The notes: generated by a model from the letters alone, not told the origin. Counted from the stretch's first letter, positions 44,945 to 56,254 are shown. The stretch: 64,000 bases of DNA from an uncultured Trueperaceae bacterium (GCA_963815215.1 CAWFFU010000003.1:416001-480000); one strand, 5' to 3'. A program made the numbers and translations.

Positions 44945-46873
44945 CTACTTCGCGGCGTTCAGGACCGACGTCTCCGGCCGCTCCCGCTCCCCGGGCTCGA
45001 CGCCTGCGGGGGCGTCTCCGGGCCGGGCGATCCCGAGACCGCGGAGCGCGGCTCGGATGCCCTCGGTGCCGTACCCGAGCGCCTCGTGCTGCCTCTCCGG
45101 CGTTCCGTGGGGCACGGTGACGTCGGGGATGCCCAAGCGGCGAAGGGGCACGTCGAGACCGGCGTCGGCAAGGGCTTCGGCGACAGCCGAACCCAGGCCT
45201 CCCACGATGGTGTGGTCTTCGACGCTGATCAGCGCACGCTTCGTGCGTGCCAGCGACTCCAACATCGCGTAGTCGAGCGGCTTCACGAAGCGGGCGTTGA
45301 CCACACCGACACGCGGGTCGTCGCCGGCAGCGGCCAACGCGTACCCCAGGGTCGTTCCGATGGCCAACACGCTCACCTCGCTGCCCTCCTTGAGGATCTC
45401 CCAGCTCCCCCAGGCGAGCTCGGGCCAGCTCTCCACCGAGTCGGCGGCGGCGGTCACCGCGCCTCTGGGCCAGCGGATGGCCCGCGGCCCGCCCAACCGC
45501 AGCGCCGTCTTCAACATGCTCTGCATCTCACGGACGTCCTTGGGCATGCCGATCGCCATGTTCGGGACGGATCGGAGATAGGCCATGTCGTAGATGCCCT
45601 GATGGGTGGCGCCGTCACCGCCCACGAGCCCGGCACGGTCGATCGCGAAGACCACGTCCAGGTTCTCGAGCGCCACGTCGTGAACGACCTGATCGAACGC
45701 ACGCTGCAGGAAGGTGCTGTAGATCGCCACGATCGGCTTCTCGCCGCGGAGGGCGAGGCCGGCACCCACGGTGACGGCAACGTCCTCGGCGATCCCGACA
45801 TCGATGAAGCGGTCCGGGTGGGCCTTGCTGAACTCCACCAGACCGCTGCCTTCGCGCATGGCCGGGGTGACGACCCAGACGCGATCGTCCCCGTCGGCCA
45901 GGGCGGTCACGGCGTCGCCGAAGGCGTTGGACCAGCCATAGGCCTTGCCTTCGACCACCGGGTGCTCCGGGTCGAAGGTCGAGGCTCCGTGCCAGGTGAT
46001 CGGATCGTTCTCCGCCACCTCGTAGCCCTTGCCCTTGCGGGTGACGATGTGGAGCATGGTGGGCCCGTCGAGTCGACGGATGTGCTCGAGGTAGTACAGC
46101 AGCTGTGGGATGTTGTGGCCGTCGATCGGCCCCACGTAGCGCAGGCCCATGGCGTGGAACGGGTTGTTGCTGGCAGGGTCGAGGAACCGGCGGGCGGCCT
46201 TCTTCGCCCGGCTCCCGAGTTCCGCCAGCGGCTCCCACACTCCCGTGAGAGCCTCCTTCGATCCCTTCTCGGCCTGTTGGAACCAGCGCTGCACCTGCAG
46301 CGTGCTGAGGTAGTGCTTGAGCGCCCCCACGTTCTCGCTGATCGACATCTCGTTGTCGTTCAGGATGATCGTCATCCTGGGCTTGACGTGCCCGATCTGG
46401 TTCAGCGCCGCCAGCGCCATGCCTCCGGTGAGGGCGCCGTCACCGATGACGGCCACGACGTCATAATCGTCGCCACGCGCGTCGCGGGCCAGCGCCATGC
46501 CCAGCGAAGCTGCCAGGCTGGTGCTGGCATGGCCCACCGTCAGCGCGTCGTGCTCGGACTCGCTGCTGGTCGCGAAGCCCGCCAGGCCGCCGTCCATCCG
46601 GATCGTTCCCATGCGCTCCCGACGACCGGTCAGGATCTTGTGCCCGTACGTCTGATGACCTACGTCCCACACGATCCGGTCACGCGAGGTGTCGTAGAGG
46701 TAGTGCAGCGCGACCGTCAGCTCGACGGCGCCAAGACTCGAAGCCAGGTGCCCACCTGCGATCGAGCACGCCCTCACGACCTCCGCGCGCAGCTCGGCGG
46801 CGACCTGCGGAAGATCTTCGCGGTTCAATCGTCGGAGATCGTGAGGAAACCGGATGTCCTCGAGCAAAGCCAT
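44945..46873 (-). CDS. dxs: 1-deoxy-D-xylulose-5-phosphate synthase
   Basis: [41 protein letters not shown]. Confidence 0.98.
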   Translation of the reverse strand: MALLEDIRFPHDLRRLNREDLPQVAAELRAEVVRACSIAGGHLASSLGAVELTVALHYLYDTSRDRIVWDVGHQTYGHKILTGRRERMGTIRMDGGLAGFATSSESEHDALTVGHASTSLAASLGMALARDARGDDYDVVAVIGDGALTGGMALAALNQIGHVKPRMTIILNDNEMSISENVGALKHYLSTLQVQRWFQQAEKGSKEALTGVWEPLAELGSRAKKAARRFLDPASNNPFHAMGLRYVGPIDGHNIPQLLYYLEHIRRLDGPTMLHIVTRKGKGYEVAENDPITWHGASTFDPEHPVVEGKAYGWSNAFGDAVTALADGDDRVWVVTPAMREGSGLVEFSKAHPDRFIDVGIAEDVAVTVGAGLALRGEKPIVAIYSTFLQRAFDQVVHDVALENLDVVFAIDRAGLVGGDGATHQGIYDMAYLRSVPNMAIGMPKDVREMQSMLKTALRLGGPRAIRWPRGAVTAAADSVESWPELAWGSWEILKEGSEVSVLAIGTTLGYALAAAGDDPRVGVVNARFVKPLDYAMLESLARTKRALISVEDHTIVGGLGSAVAEALADAGLDVPLRRLGIPDVTVPHGTPERQHEALGYGTEGIRAALRGLGIARPGDAPAGVEPGERERPETSVLNAAK

Positions 46874-47005
46874 GATCGTGCCACTCCTCCCGCGGCCGCC
46901 GTCGCTACCCCCATGAGTCTACCAGAGGGCTTCTGCTGGAACGGAAGCTCCCCACCCGCTTTCTCTGATCGCTTCGAACGCAGCGACGGCCCGTGACAAC
47001 CCGCC

Positions 47006-47737
47006 TCAGGGCGTCCCGGAAGACGAGCCGGTGTTCTTGGGCTTGGGGGCCAGAACGTTGCTGGCGATGAGGACGTTCCCGTTCTCGTCCCGCACCTCGC
47101 CGATATCGGGGGTGAACCAGAACTGCTGCGTCAAGGTGCTCGTGACGTTGGCGTTCTCGTCCAGCGTGCGGGTGGTGAACGACACCACGTACACCTCGAA
47201 GGTACCGGCGGCCAGCGTCACCTGGCGCTTGTCCACCACGGTATAGACGTAGTGCACATCGAGGGTCTTGCTGGCCTGCTTGGCGTTCCCGTTGGACGAG
47301 CCCTCGGTCGCGACGACATCGACCTTGGTGTCCCCCGCCCAGGTCGCGCCGACGCGCAACTGGCCCTCGGCCGGGAACTCCTTGATGGGTGGATCGAATT
47401 TGATGACGGTGCCGAGCTTGTTCTCGCGACCCAGGTAGACCCCATCAGGGGTGTACTGCAGGTAGCGAGTGACGTCCAGCCCGCGCCCCTGTGTGTGCCA
47501 GGCGATCCACACTTGACCGTCGAGGACGCTGGGCCCGACCACGTCGACCGTGAGCCGAGGATCGCTCAACTTGGCGCCATCCGGGAGGTACTCCCAGTGC
47601 GCGCCGGTCTGGTGCGGATAGTAGCTGATCGGCTTGGTGAGCTGCTGTACGGTGACCTGCTTCTCGCTGCTGGGGGCACAGGCAGCCAGCAGGACCGGCA
47701 GCGCCAGTGGCACCAGAACAAGGGCGATGCGTCGCAT
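47006..47737 (-). CDS. Putative lipoprotein of unknown function
   Basis: MRRIALVLVPLALPVLLAA-C lipobox; beta-rich body. Confidence 0.8.
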   Translation of the reverse strand: MRRIALVLVPLALPVLLAACAPSSEKQVTVQQLTKPISYYPHQTGAHWEYLPDGAKLSDPRLTVDVVGPSVLDGQVWIAWHTQGRGLDVTRYLQYTPDGVYLGRENKLGTVIKFDPPIKEFPAEGQLRVGATWAGDTKVDVVATEGSSNGNAKQASKTLDVHYVYTVVDKRQVTLAAGTFEVYVVSFTTRTLDENANVTSTLTQQFWFTPDIGEVRDENGNVLIASNVLAPKPKNTGSSSGTP

Positions 47738-47793
47738 GCGCCACTGTACCGCGGGTCGCCGGCACCGGGGTGAGGTGTTATCGGCCTCCGAGC

Positions 47794-48720
47794 TCACCCC
47801 ACTGCGGCTTCCGCGGTGTCGCGAACCTGCCGGTATACGGCACTGTCATTGGGGTCGAAGTTGTGGAGGAGCGCCAGGTACCCGGCTACCCAGGCGCTCA
47901 GGTACCACAGCACGAACGCCTCGGCGACCGGATCCTCGAGATCGTCGGTCATGGACTCGCCTGCGTGCACCGACAGGCTCTCCACCTGTGCCACGCGCGT
48001 TCCCAGGACCTCGCGCACCAGCCCGACCTCGCGGTCCTCGGGACCGAGCACCAGGCCGACGAGGTCGTCGCCGAGCTGATGGCGTCCCTCGAAGGCGCCG
48101 CTGACCACACCCGCAGGATGGATGCCTGTCGGGATCGCCAGCGTCTTGCCGACCCTCGCCAGCACCTGTTGGACCAGCGGTTGAAGGGCAGCGCGGGCGC
48201 GGCTGCTGACGAGCAGCGGCACACGGTTCCACAACGTCCACGCCACCGTCTTGGCCGGGTTGCCCTCGGTCGGAACGTCCGGGCCGAGACGCGGCAACAG
48301 CTCCCGCATGCGGGCCTCGGCGGAGGCGATCGCTTCGGCATGCCCGGTAGCACGACCCAGGTAGCTCAGGTGGGTGTAGGGGCTGAGCACGCCGGCCGGC
48401 ACGCGATAGCTCGGCTCGAAGACGGCGTCGCCGAGCACGATCGGCTGGGCTCCCGTCAACTCGGCGTTGAGACGCAGGGCCGCCGCCTCGCCGAAGTCGA
48501 ACCCCGATGTGAGGAGGAACTGCGTCCCCTGACCCACCATGGGGGCGTCCATCCAAGGAGCCAGCAGCGCGGTGAGAACCGCGCCCTCACCGAAGCCGAG
48601 AACGCCGTAGGGTTCGGGCTGCACCCCGTCCGGACCGTCATAGGAGCCGGGGAGTGCCGCCAGCCGGCTGAGGAATCCGCTCGTGTCGAGCGCGGAGAGC
48701 GCGTCGAAGTCATCCAGCAT
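47794..48720 (-). CDS. SIS-domain sugar-phosphate isomerase-like protein (PGI/PMI-like)
   Basis: LSALDT, NPAKTVAWTL, C-terminal DP motif; resembles bifunctional PGI/PMI family. Confidence 0.6.
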   Translation of the reverse strand: MLDDFDALSALDTSGFLSRLAALPGSYDGPDGVQPEPYGVLGFGEGAVLTALLAPWMDAPMVGQGTQFLLTSGFDFGEAAALRLNAELTGAQPIVLGDAVFEPSYRVPAGVLSPYTHLSYLGRATGHAEAIASAEARMRELLPRLGPDVPTEGNPAKTVAWTLWNRVPLLVSSRARAALQPLVQQVLARVGKTLAIPTGIHPAGVVSGAFEGRHQLGDDLVGLVLGPEDREVGLVREVLGTRVAQVESLSVHAGESMTDDLEDPVAEAFVLWYLSAWVAGYLALLHNFDPNDSAVYRQVRDTAEAAVG

Positions 48721-48774
48721 GGCTTCATGGTAGCCCGCCTTCCGACGTCACCGCGTCGTGCCCTGCAGCGCGGA

Positions 48775-50022
48775 TCAATGCGGCAGGAGACGCCCTCCGA
48801 TGTCGCGACGGAGGTGGGCGCCCGGGAACTGGATGCGGTCGGCCGCGGCGTAGGCGCGCTTCACCGCCGCCTCCAGGCTATCGGCGGTGGCGACGACGTT
48901 GAGCACGCGCCCACCAACGGATACCAGTCCTCCGTCGCCCCTCGCCGTCCCGGCGTGGAACACCAGCACGTCGTCCCCCAGGTCTTCGGGGATCGTGATC
49001 GGGATGGCCTTCTCGTAGGAACCCGGATACCCGGGAGCGGCCATGACCACGCAGGCGGCCTTGCGGCCTGTCCAGCACAGCTCGAGACGCGCCAGTCGCC
49101 GATCCGCGACGGCCTCGAGCACGCGGAGCAGATCGTTGTCGAGCAAGGGCAGCACCACCTGGGTCTCGGGGTCACCGAAGCGCACGTTGAACTCCAGCAC
49201 CTTGGCGCCCTCCTCGGTCATCATCAGTCCGATGAAGAGCACGCCCTGGTAGGCGATCCCGTCGGCGTTGAGCGCTTTCAGCGTGGGTTCGACCACCCGC
49301 GTCATGGTCTGCCATTGCTGCGCCGAGCTCAGGAGCGCCGCCGGCGCCACCGCACCCATCCCGCCGGTCATCGGCCCGACGTCCCCTTCGAGTGCCTGCT
49401 TGTAGTCCTGAGCCAGGACCATGGGTCGGTACGCGAGGCCGTCGGTGAAGACCAGCAGGCTGATCTCCTGGCCCTCGAGCAGTTCCTCGATCACGACCTC
49501 GGCAGCGGGCTTCTCGAACACCGCGTCCACAGCGTCGACGGCCTCGGCCAGGGTTCGCGCCACCGTGACGCCCTTGCCTGCAGCGAGAGCGGAGTTCTTG
49601 ACGACGATGGGGGCGCCCACCTCTTGGAGGTAGGCATGCGCTGCCGTGCGGTCCCGGAACGTCCGGAAGGCCGCGGTGGGGATGCCGTGCCGCGCCATGA
49701 ACTCCTTCGCGAAGCGCTTGGAACCTTCCAGACGCGCCGCCTTCGCGCTGGGCCCGAAGATCCGGAGACCTTCGGCCTCGAAGGCGTCGACCACGCCAGC
49801 GACAAGCGGCGCCTCCGGTCCGACGACGGTGAAGTCGACCGCCTCGTCCCTGGCGAGCCGCAGCAGGGCCTCCACGGTGAGCGGCACCTCGACGGTCCGC
49901 GCCACATCGGTCATGCCGGCGTTGCCGGGCGCAACGATGATCTCCTCGACCCGCTCGGACTGCGCGAGCTTCCACGCCAGCGCGTGCTCCCGGCCGCCGC
50001 CGCCGACCACAAGGACCTTCAT
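48775..50022 (-). CDS. purD: Phosphoribosylamine-glycine ligase
   Basis: GGGGREHA, VGPEAPL, LEGSK, TGGMGA, EFNVRFGDPE. Confidence 0.97.
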   Translation of the reverse strand: MKVLVVGGGGREHALAWKLAQSERVEEIIVAPGNAGMTDVARTVEVPLTVEALLRLARDEAVDFTVVGPEAPLVAGVVDAFEAEGLRIFGPSAKAARLEGSKRFAKEFMARHGIPTAAFRTFRDRTAAHAYLQEVGAPIVVKNSALAAGKGVTVARTLAEAVDAVDAVFEKPAAEVVIEELLEGQEISLLVFTDGLAYRPMVLAQDYKQALEGDVGPMTGGMGAVAPAALLSSAQQWQTMTRVVEPTLKALNADGIAYQGVLFIGLMMTEEGAKVLEFNVRFGDPETQVVLPLLDNDLLRVLEAVADRRLARLELCWTGRKAACVVMAAPGYPGSYEKAIPITIPEDLGDDVLVFHAGTARGDGGLVSVGGRVLNVVATADSLEAAVKRAYAAADRIQFPGAHLRRDIGGRLLPH

Positions 50023-50633
50023 CCGGCAACCTCCTCGCCCGGCGGGCGCACCCGTCCGGTCAACACGGCCCGCGCCGCCTCAGGGTAGGCGCGATGCTCT
50101 TCGGCACGGATGCGCTCCGCGAGCGTGTCCTCGCTGTCCCCTGCCAGCACCGGCACCCGACGTTGCACGATGACGCCTCCGGTATCGACGCCTTCGTCGA
50201 CGAAGTGCACCGTACAGCCCGACTCATGGACGCCCGCTTCCAGCGCCTGGCGCTGGGCGTGCAGCCCGCGGAACGCCGGCAGCAGGCTGGGATGGATGTT
50301 GAGCAGGCGGCCGCGGTAACGCCGCACGAAGGCCGGCGACAGGATGCGCATGAACCCTGCAAGGCACACCAGGTCGATGGCGGCCCTCTCGAGCGCGCGC
50401 GCCGCGTCGACCTCGAACGCCGAGCCGTCGCGGTAGGGCACGTGCAGCGCCTCGACCCCGGCAGAGCGCGCCTTCTCCAGGGCAGGCGCCGAAGCCCGGT
50501 TGCTGATCACCAGCACGACCTGGCCCAGGGGTTCGTCCGGCCCGAACGCATGCAGCAACGCTTGCAGGTTCGAGCCGCGGCCCGAGGCAAGCACGGCGAT
50601 GCGGGCGGGTCGGCCCAAGGGGAACGACGTCAT
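50019..50633 (-). CDS. purN: Phosphoribosylglycinamide formyltransferase
   Basis: SGRGSNLQA, LAGFMRIL, NIHPSLLP, GCTVHFV. Confidence 0.97.
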   Translation of the reverse strand: MTSFPLGRPARIAVLASGRGSNLQALLHAFGPDEPLGQVVLVISNRASAPALEKARSAGVEALHVPYRDGSAFEVDAARALERAAIDLVCLAGFMRILSPAFVRRYRGRLLNIHPSLLPAFRGLHAQRQALEAGVHESGCTVHFVDEGVDTGGVIVQRRVPVLAGDSEDTLAERIRAEEHRAYPEAARAVLTGRVRPPGEEVAG

Positions 50634-50662
50634 GCGGACAGTCTACCCACGGGGCCCCACCT

Positions 50663-51622
50663 TCAAGCGGCTCCGTCCAGACGCTCCGGGTGCCGCTTCC
50701 GCCAGTAGCGGGTGACGCCCATGACGGTCATGGCGGCGTCACTGGTCACCTTGTTGCGCAGCCGGACCCCGGCGTTGGCGCCAGCGCGCTCGAGCTCGGC
50801 GTCCTCGAGCCGCTCGACGCGCTCGACCAGCGCCGGTTCCTGTTCGCCGGCGCGAAGACCCGCCAGCACCTCTGAGGCCCATGTGCGGTTACGTTCGGGC
50901 AGCTCGGCCAGGTGGTCGTCGGCCGGCTGCACCTCACCGAAGTGCGTGAGCATGAGGCGCTGGGGGCCGACGCCGCGCATGCGGGTGACACTCGCCTCCC
51001 AATCCTCCAACGACAGCTCGGGGGGCGGCAGGGCAGGTCGGGTCAGCGGCGAGCCGGGCAAGCGGATGCCTGCGCTGTCACCCGTGAACAGCGTGCCGTC
51101 GGGGAACAGGTAGCTGACGTGGTGAGAGGCGTGACCGGGCGTGTGGAGGACGCGCACCTCGAGCCCACCGAGGGCCAGCGTCTCTTCCCCTTCGACCGGC
51201 CGCAGGCGCTCCCGGGGAACCGGCTCCATGTCACCCCAGAGCTCGTCCATGGCCTCGCCGTAGATGCGGCGGGCACTCGAGACCAGGCGTCCCGGGTCGC
51301 TCAGGTGGGGCGCACCGATCGCGTGCACGACCACCTCGGCACCGGTCCGTGCCGCCAGGGCCCCGGCGCCGCCGGCGTGATCCAGGTGGATGTGGGTGAG
51401 CAGCAGCGCCTTGAGATCACCCAGGGCCAGCCCCGCCGCCGCCACGCCCGCCTCCACATTCTCGATCGTGGAGCCGGGGCCGCTCTCCACCATCACGAAC
51501 CCGCCCTCGGGGAGCGGCACCAGGAACACAGCGATGGTCCCGGGCAGGCCGTTGTGGAAGGTGTCGACGACCCACACGCCGCTGCGTTCACGAACGCGGG
51601 GGAAGTCGGGGAACGCGCTCAT
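50663..51622 (-). CDS. MBL-fold metallo-hydrolase
   Basis: THIHLDHAGG, TPGHASHH, TGD, THFG. Confidence 0.9.
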   Translation of the reverse strand: MSAFPDFPRVRERSGVWVVDTFHNGLPGTIAVFLVPLPEGGFVMVESGPGSTIENVEAGVAAAGLALGDLKALLLTHIHLDHAGGAGALAARTGAEVVVHAIGAPHLSDPGRLVSSARRIYGEAMDELWGDMEPVPRERLRPVEGEETLALGGLEVRVLHTPGHASHHVSYLFPDGTLFTGDSAGIRLPGSPLTRPALPPPELSLEDWEASVTRMRGVGPQRLMLTHFGEVQPADDHLAELPERNRTWASEVLAGLRAGEQEPALVERVERLEDAELERAGANAGVRLRNKVTSDAAMTVMGVTRYWRKRHPERLDGAA

Positions 51623-52377
51623 CCGCCGGCGACCTCGTTCATGAGCGTGCCGACACCCTCGACCTCCACCTCGATGTGGTCCCCGACCGCCAGCGGTCCG
51701 ACGCCGTCGGGCGTGCCCGTCAACACCAGATCGCCCGGCCCGAGCGTCATGAAGCGACTGATGTAGCTCAGCACCTGCGCGACCGGGAAGATCATGTCGC
51801 GGGTACGGCCGTCCTGCTTGGTCACGCCGTTGACGCGCGTCTGGACTCGCACGTCGTTGGGATCGAGGTCGGTCTCCAGCCACGGGCCGACCGGGCAGAA
51901 GCCGTCCGCGGACTTGCCGCGCACCCACTGCAGATCGGCGCGCTGTCGGTCCCGCGCGGTGACGTCGCAGGCGCAGGCATAGCCCAACACGTACTCGAGC
52001 GCCTCGTCCGGCTCCACGTCGCGCATCTCGCGGGCGATCACGACCGCGAGCTCGCCCTCGAACTGCAGGTCCGCGGTCCACGAGGGGTACGGGATGTCGT
52101 CGCCGGGGCCACGCAGGGTGTTGATCCCCTTGAGGAACAGCCCGGGCTCCTCGGGGAGACCCTCCGCTTCGTGGCCCATCTCCTTGATATGCCGAGCATA
52201 GTTTCGCCCCACACAGATGATGATTCCCGGCTCGCACGGCGCCATCAGGGTGACGTCCGTGAGCGGAACGGTGTGGCCGCTGGGGCGTCCGAGCATGCCG
52301 GTGAGCTGCTGGATGTACCCTCCCTCGACTTCGCCCCAGTGGATGCCATCGAAGCTGCGGTAACGAACGCGTTGCAC
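51619..52377 (-). CDS. Fumarylacetoacetate hydrolase family protein
   Basis: VGRNY, EGELAVVI, DVTARD, TGTP. Confidence 0.92.
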   Translation of the reverse strand: MQRVRYRSFDGIHWGEVEGGYIQQLTGMLGRPSGHTVPLTDVTLMAPCEPGIIICVGRNYARHIKEMGHEAEGLPEEPGLFLKGINTLRGPGDDIPYPSWTADLQFEGELAVVIAREMRDVEPDEALEYVLGYACACDVTARDRQRADLQWVRGKSADGFCPVGPWLETDLDPNDVRVQTRVNGVTKQDGRTRDMIFPVAQVLSYISRFMTLGPGDLVLTGTPDGVGPLAVGDHIEVEVEGVGTLMNEVAGG

Positions 52378-52423
52378 GGTGTTCCTCCTTCGCCCCCGCC
52401 GGTGCGGGGTGCGGCCGGTGCCG

Positions 52424-54322
52424 TCAGGTCACGGCCAGTCGTTCGGTCACGTCTTCCCATCGCGCCATCGCCCCGATGAGCTCACGCTCCAGAGCAGCGT
52501 GGCGCTCGCCGATGGCGATCAGCTCGTCGGCGTCCTCCTCGCCGGGTGCGGCCAGACGCTTCGCCAGCACCCCGAGCTCACGCTCCAACGCAGTCACACG
52601 GACTTCGAGCTCTTCGCGCATACGCTCCAGCTGCCAGCGGGACGGTCCCCGCTGCGCGCGCGCCGGCTCGTCCGGTTCCCGCCGTCGCAGGTCGGCCTCC
52701 GCCTGCGAAGCCGCGGCCTCGTCAGCGCGGCGCTTCCGGAGCCGCTGGTAGAACGCCCAGTCGCCCTCGAACGCCTCGAAGCACCCGCCCCGGACCTCCC
52801 AGACGTGGTCGATCAGGGATTCGAGGAAGCGCCGATCGTGCGATACCAGGAGTAGCGTACCGCGATAGGCACGCAACGCTGCTTCCAGGGCCTCGATCAT
52901 CTCGAGATCGAGATGGTTGGTGGGTTCGTCGAGCACCAGCAGGTTGTAGCGTCCGAGGGTGAGCTTGAGCAGGGCCAGGCGCGCGCGTTCACCGCCCGAG
53001 AGGTCGCTCACGCGCTTGTACTGGGCGTCGAAGGGGAACATGAAGCGGCCCAGCAGGTTGTGCGCTTCCACGTCCCCGACCATGCGGATCATCTCCTCGA
53101 TCAAGGTGGCAGCCGGGTCGACGCCGCGCAGGTCCTGATCGTAGTACCCGAGCCTCACGCGCGCGCCGGTTCTCACCTCGGCGCGGGGATCGTCGCTCGC
53201 GGCGTCGCCCAGGAGCAGGCGCAACAGGGTCGTCTTGCCGGCCCCGTTAGGCCCGACCAGTGCGATGCGCTGCCCTTGACGCAGCTCGAGGCCGACGTCG
53301 TCGAAGAGCGGGCGGTCGAACGTCTTCGACAGATGGCGAGCGCTCAACACGATCTCACCGGAAGGGTCGCAGTCGAAGGTGAAGCGCGTGGAGCGCTGGA
53401 TACCCTCGGGAGCGTCAACCATGGTGCCGGCGTGGCGCTCGACGCGCCGCTCCATCGCTTTGGCCCGGCGGTGCAGCTTCTCGCTCTGACCCGCCCACTG
53501 CTTCATCTGTGCCGCAGCCGACGACAGGCGCTGGTGCTCCCGTTCCTGGTTGAGGCGCGTGGCCTCCTGGATGCGGCGCTCCTCGGCCCGCGCGATCCGG
53601 AAGGCGCTGGGGGTACCGGCTCCGACCCGAAGGCGCCCCAGGCCGACCTCGGCGGTCCGGTCGCAGGCGCCGTCGAGGAAGGCGCGATCGTGCGACACGA
53701 TGATGGCTGCGCCGGGGTAGCGACCGAGGTAGCCTTCCAGCCAACCCCGCATGTCGATGTCGAGGTGGTTGGTGGGCTCGTCGAGGAGCAGCACGTCGGG
53801 TTGCGCCATGAGCAAGCGCGCCAACCCCAGACGCGTGCGCTCACCTCCGGAGAGCTGTCGCACCGGCTGATCCTCGCGGCCGCGGAAGCCCAGTGCGTCG
53901 AGAACCGCATCCCTCCGGGCTCGGCGGGCGTAGCCGCCGCGCCGCTCGAAGGTCTCGTGCAGGCGCTCCCAACGCGCGTAGCGCTCGGGATCGTCGAGGC
54001 CGGCACGCTCGAGCCGCTCGAGGCCCGCTTCCATGCGTTCCAGCTCGACGAACGCCTCCTCGGCCACCGCCCCCAGGGTCGCATCCGGGTCGAACGCCGG
54101 ATCCTGTTCCAACAGCGCAGCGGTGACCTCGGCGCCGCGATGGACGCTCCCCTTGTCGGGAGCTTCCATCCCCATCAGAAGGCGCAGCACCGTGGTCTTG
54201 CCGGCGCCGTTGCGGCCGATCAGCGCGGTGCGGCTGCCGTCGCGGAGCTCGAGGGTGGCATCCTCGAGCACCACCTGATCGCCGTACGCCTTCTCGATCT
54301 GCTGCAGGGCTGCAAGGAGCAT
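52424..54322 (-). CDS. ABC-F family ATPase
   Basis: Two NBDs (GRNGAGKT, GPNGAGKT; LSGGE; DEPTNHLD), no TM, C-terminal coiled coil. Confidence 0.93.
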   Translation of the reverse strand: MLLAALQQIEKAYGDQVVLEDATLELRDGSRTALIGRNGAGKTTVLRLLMGMEAPDKGSVHRGAEVTAALLEQDPAFDPDATLGAVAEEAFVELERMEAGLERLERAGLDDPERYARWERLHETFERRGGYARRARRDAVLDALGFRGREDQPVRQLSGGERTRLGLARLLMAQPDVLLLDEPTNHLDIDMRGWLEGYLGRYPGAAIIVSHDRAFLDGACDRTAEVGLGRLRVGAGTPSAFRIARAEERRIQEATRLNQEREHQRLSSAAAQMKQWAGQSEKLHRRAKAMERRVERHAGTMVDAPEGIQRSTRFTFDCDPSGEIVLSARHLSKTFDRPLFDDVGLELRQGQRIALVGPNGAGKTTLLRLLLGDAASDDPRAEVRTGARVRLGYYDQDLRGVDPAATLIEEMIRMVGDVEAHNLLGRFMFPFDAQYKRVSDLSGGERARLALLKLTLGRYNLLVLDEPTNHLDLEMIEALEAALRAYRGTLLLVSHDRRFLESLIDHVWEVRGGCFEAFEGDWAFYQRLRKRRADEAAASQAEADLRRREPDEPARAQRGPSRWQLERMREELEVRVTALERELGVLAKRLAAPGEEDADELIAIGERHAALERELIGAMARWEDVTERLAVT

Positions 54323-54384
54323 ACCGGCGACCAGTCTACCGTGGTCATCGCCGCGTGCCCGAGGCCGGAACGAGGCCGCAACGA

Positions 54385-54412
54385 AGCGAGCCCGCCGGTC
54401 GGCGGGCTCGCT
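54385..54412 (-). terminator. Hairpin downstream of sugar ABC ATPase
   Basis: AGCGAGCCCGCC/GGCGGGCTCGCT 12-bp stem. Confidence 0.65.
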
Positions 54413-54450
54413 GCTTTAACAGAATCAGAACGGTCTAGTGCCGTGTGAGC

Positions 54451-55548
54451 TCAGGCGAAACGGATGTTGTGCTCGGTCTCGATATCGAAGGCGTGCAGCA
54501 TGTGCACGTCGGCCAGCAACTCCACTTCGTCGCCCATCTTGACCTGCGCGTGCGGGTCGACCTTGGCAACGACGCTCTGGTCGCCTCCGACCGACGCCAG
54601 GACCTGAGTCTCGGCGCCCAGCGGCTCCACCACGTCGACGGTGGCCTTGATCACGTTCTCCGATTCCGCGATGTCGGTATATCCCTTGAGCCCGAGGTTC
54701 TCGGGCCGGATGCCGAGGTAGACCTTCTTGCCGTTGTAGGGCACGAGCTTCTGAGCGAGGTCGGCATCGGGCTTGAGGTCGAACTGACCACTCTTGATGC
54801 GGCCGTCGTGCACCGTGCCGACCATGAAGTTCATCGCTGGCGAGCCGATGAAGCCCGCCACGAACTTGTTGGTGGGCCGGTCGTACAGGTTGATGGGGCT
54901 GTCGACCTGCTGGACCAGGCCGTCCTTCATGACGACGATGCGCGTTCCCATCGTCATCGCTTCGATCTGATCGTGCGTCACGTAGATGATGGTGGTCCCG
55001 AGCTGGCGGTGGAGCTTGCTGATCGAGGCCCGCATCTCGACGCGCAGCTTGGCGTCGAGGTTCGACAGCGGCTCGTCCATGAGGAACACCTTGGGCTTAC
55101 GTACGATGGCCCGGCCGAGCGCCACGCGCTGGCGCTGACCGCCGGAGAGCTCGCGCGGGCGCCGGTCGAGCAGGTGTTCGATCTGCAGGATGCCGGCGGT
55201 CTCGCGCACACGCTTCTCGATCTGGTCCTTCGGGGTCTTGCGTAGGCGCAGCCCGAACGACATGTTCTGGTGCACGTTCATGTGCGGGTAGAGGGCATAG
55301 TTCTGGAACACCATGGCGATGTCGCGGTCCTTGGGTGGAACGTCGTTGACCACCCGGTCACCGATGCGGGCCGTGCCCTCGGTGATCTCTTCAAGACCGG
55401 CGATCATGCGTAGCGTGGTGGTCTTGCCGCACCCGGACGGCCCGACGAACACCATGAACTCCGCGTCCTCGATCTCCAGGTTGAAGTCCTGGACCGCGGT
55501 AACGTTGCCGAACCGCTTGTACACGTGCTCCAACACTACCTCTGCCAC
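54451..55548 (-). CDS. malK: Sugar ABC transporter ATPase (MalK/MsmX/UgpC family), stand-alone
   Basis: GPSGCGKT, VFQNYALYPH, LSGGQRQR, DEPLSNLD, TOBE. Confidence 0.92.
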   Translation of the reverse strand: MAEVVLEHVYKRFGNVTAVQDFNLEIEDAEFMVFVGPSGCGKTTTLRMIAGLEEITEGTARIGDRVVNDVPPKDRDIAMVFQNYALYPHMNVHQNMSFGLRLRKTPKDQIEKRVRETAGILQIEHLLDRRPRELSGGQRQRVALGRAIVRKPKVFLMDEPLSNLDAKLRVEMRASISKLHRQLGTTIIYVTHDQIEAMTMGTRIVVMKDGLVQQVDSPINLYDRPTNKFVAGFIGSPAMNFMVGTVHDGRIKSGQFDLKPDADLAQKLVPYNGKKVYLGIRPENLGLKGYTDIAESENVIKATVDVVEPLGAETQVLASVGGDQSVVAKVDPHAQVKMGDEVELLADVHMLHAFDIETEHNIRFA

Positions 55549-55726
55549 TCGGGGGCCTCCTCGCCATTGGCCTTCTAGACTCGGTCAAGCTTAGCACGGA
55601 GGAATCGCCCCGGCAACGAGGAAAGTCCATGTGGAGCTTGAAGGATGCGCGGATCGCTCGGGTCGAGGCAGTACTGCCCCCGGAATCCGCGAGCTACGTC
55701 GAACCTGAGGCGGCGAACTCAAACAG

Positions 55727-55758
55727 CTCCGGCCGGACGTCTGGGCGTCCGGCCGGAG
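55727..55758 (-). terminator. Terminator after tmRNA
   Basis: CTCCGGCCGGACG stem then CTGTTT on minus strand. Confidence 0.7.
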
Positions 55759-55760
55759 GA

Positions 55761-56119
55761 TGGTGGAGGCGGCGGGAGTCGAACCCGCGTCCGAAACCCC
55801 CGAAGGCAGGTGTCTACGCGTGTAGCCGCCGATCGATTGTCGGCGCGCGGTCGGCTCGACGGCCGGCGCTCACCGCGCGCTTAGATGTCTTGGTTCTCGT
55901 CCTCATGCCAACACCCGAGCATGCAGACCAGCCCGTCTTGGGTCGTCGGATCCGGCGAGCTACGGGCGATGCTTCCGGGCGACGCTGACTACGGGTTACG
56001 CAGCCAGAGCGTAGGTGTTATTGCCAGTTATTGGCGTTGCAGCTTGGTAACGCGGCCAGCTGCGTCCGCGACGCGCAACCTAACCCCCGACAGGGCCCCG
56101 TCGAAACCGTGTCGCCCCC
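55761..56119 (-). ncRNA. ssrA: tmRNA; tag (A)GNNTYALAA at 56025-55996
   Basis: 5' GGGGGCGACACGGTTTCGAC, 3' GGTTCGACTCCCGCCGCCTCCACCA, ATAACT before resume codon, tag ending YALAA*. Confidence 0.96.
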
Positions 56120-56254
56120 GTGCGGGAGACCCAGGGCCTACGCGCCCTGGTAGTCACCTATTCTAGCATCCCGCGGGGCTCCCCTTCGGCCGCGGGCACA
56201 CGCTCTCGAGGCGCCACCGGTTCAGCGAGTCGACGGCCGACGGCTGCCCGCCCC

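Noticed and set aside
48721..48778. TTG-started 17-aa ORF from the purD stop to 4 nt before the SIS gene
   Set aside because: Weak start codon, and the SIS gene is already explained by a leaderless promoter
55549..55760. Possible element integrated at the tmRNA 3' end
   Set aside because: Only a terminator and the malK upstream region; no integrase or att duplication
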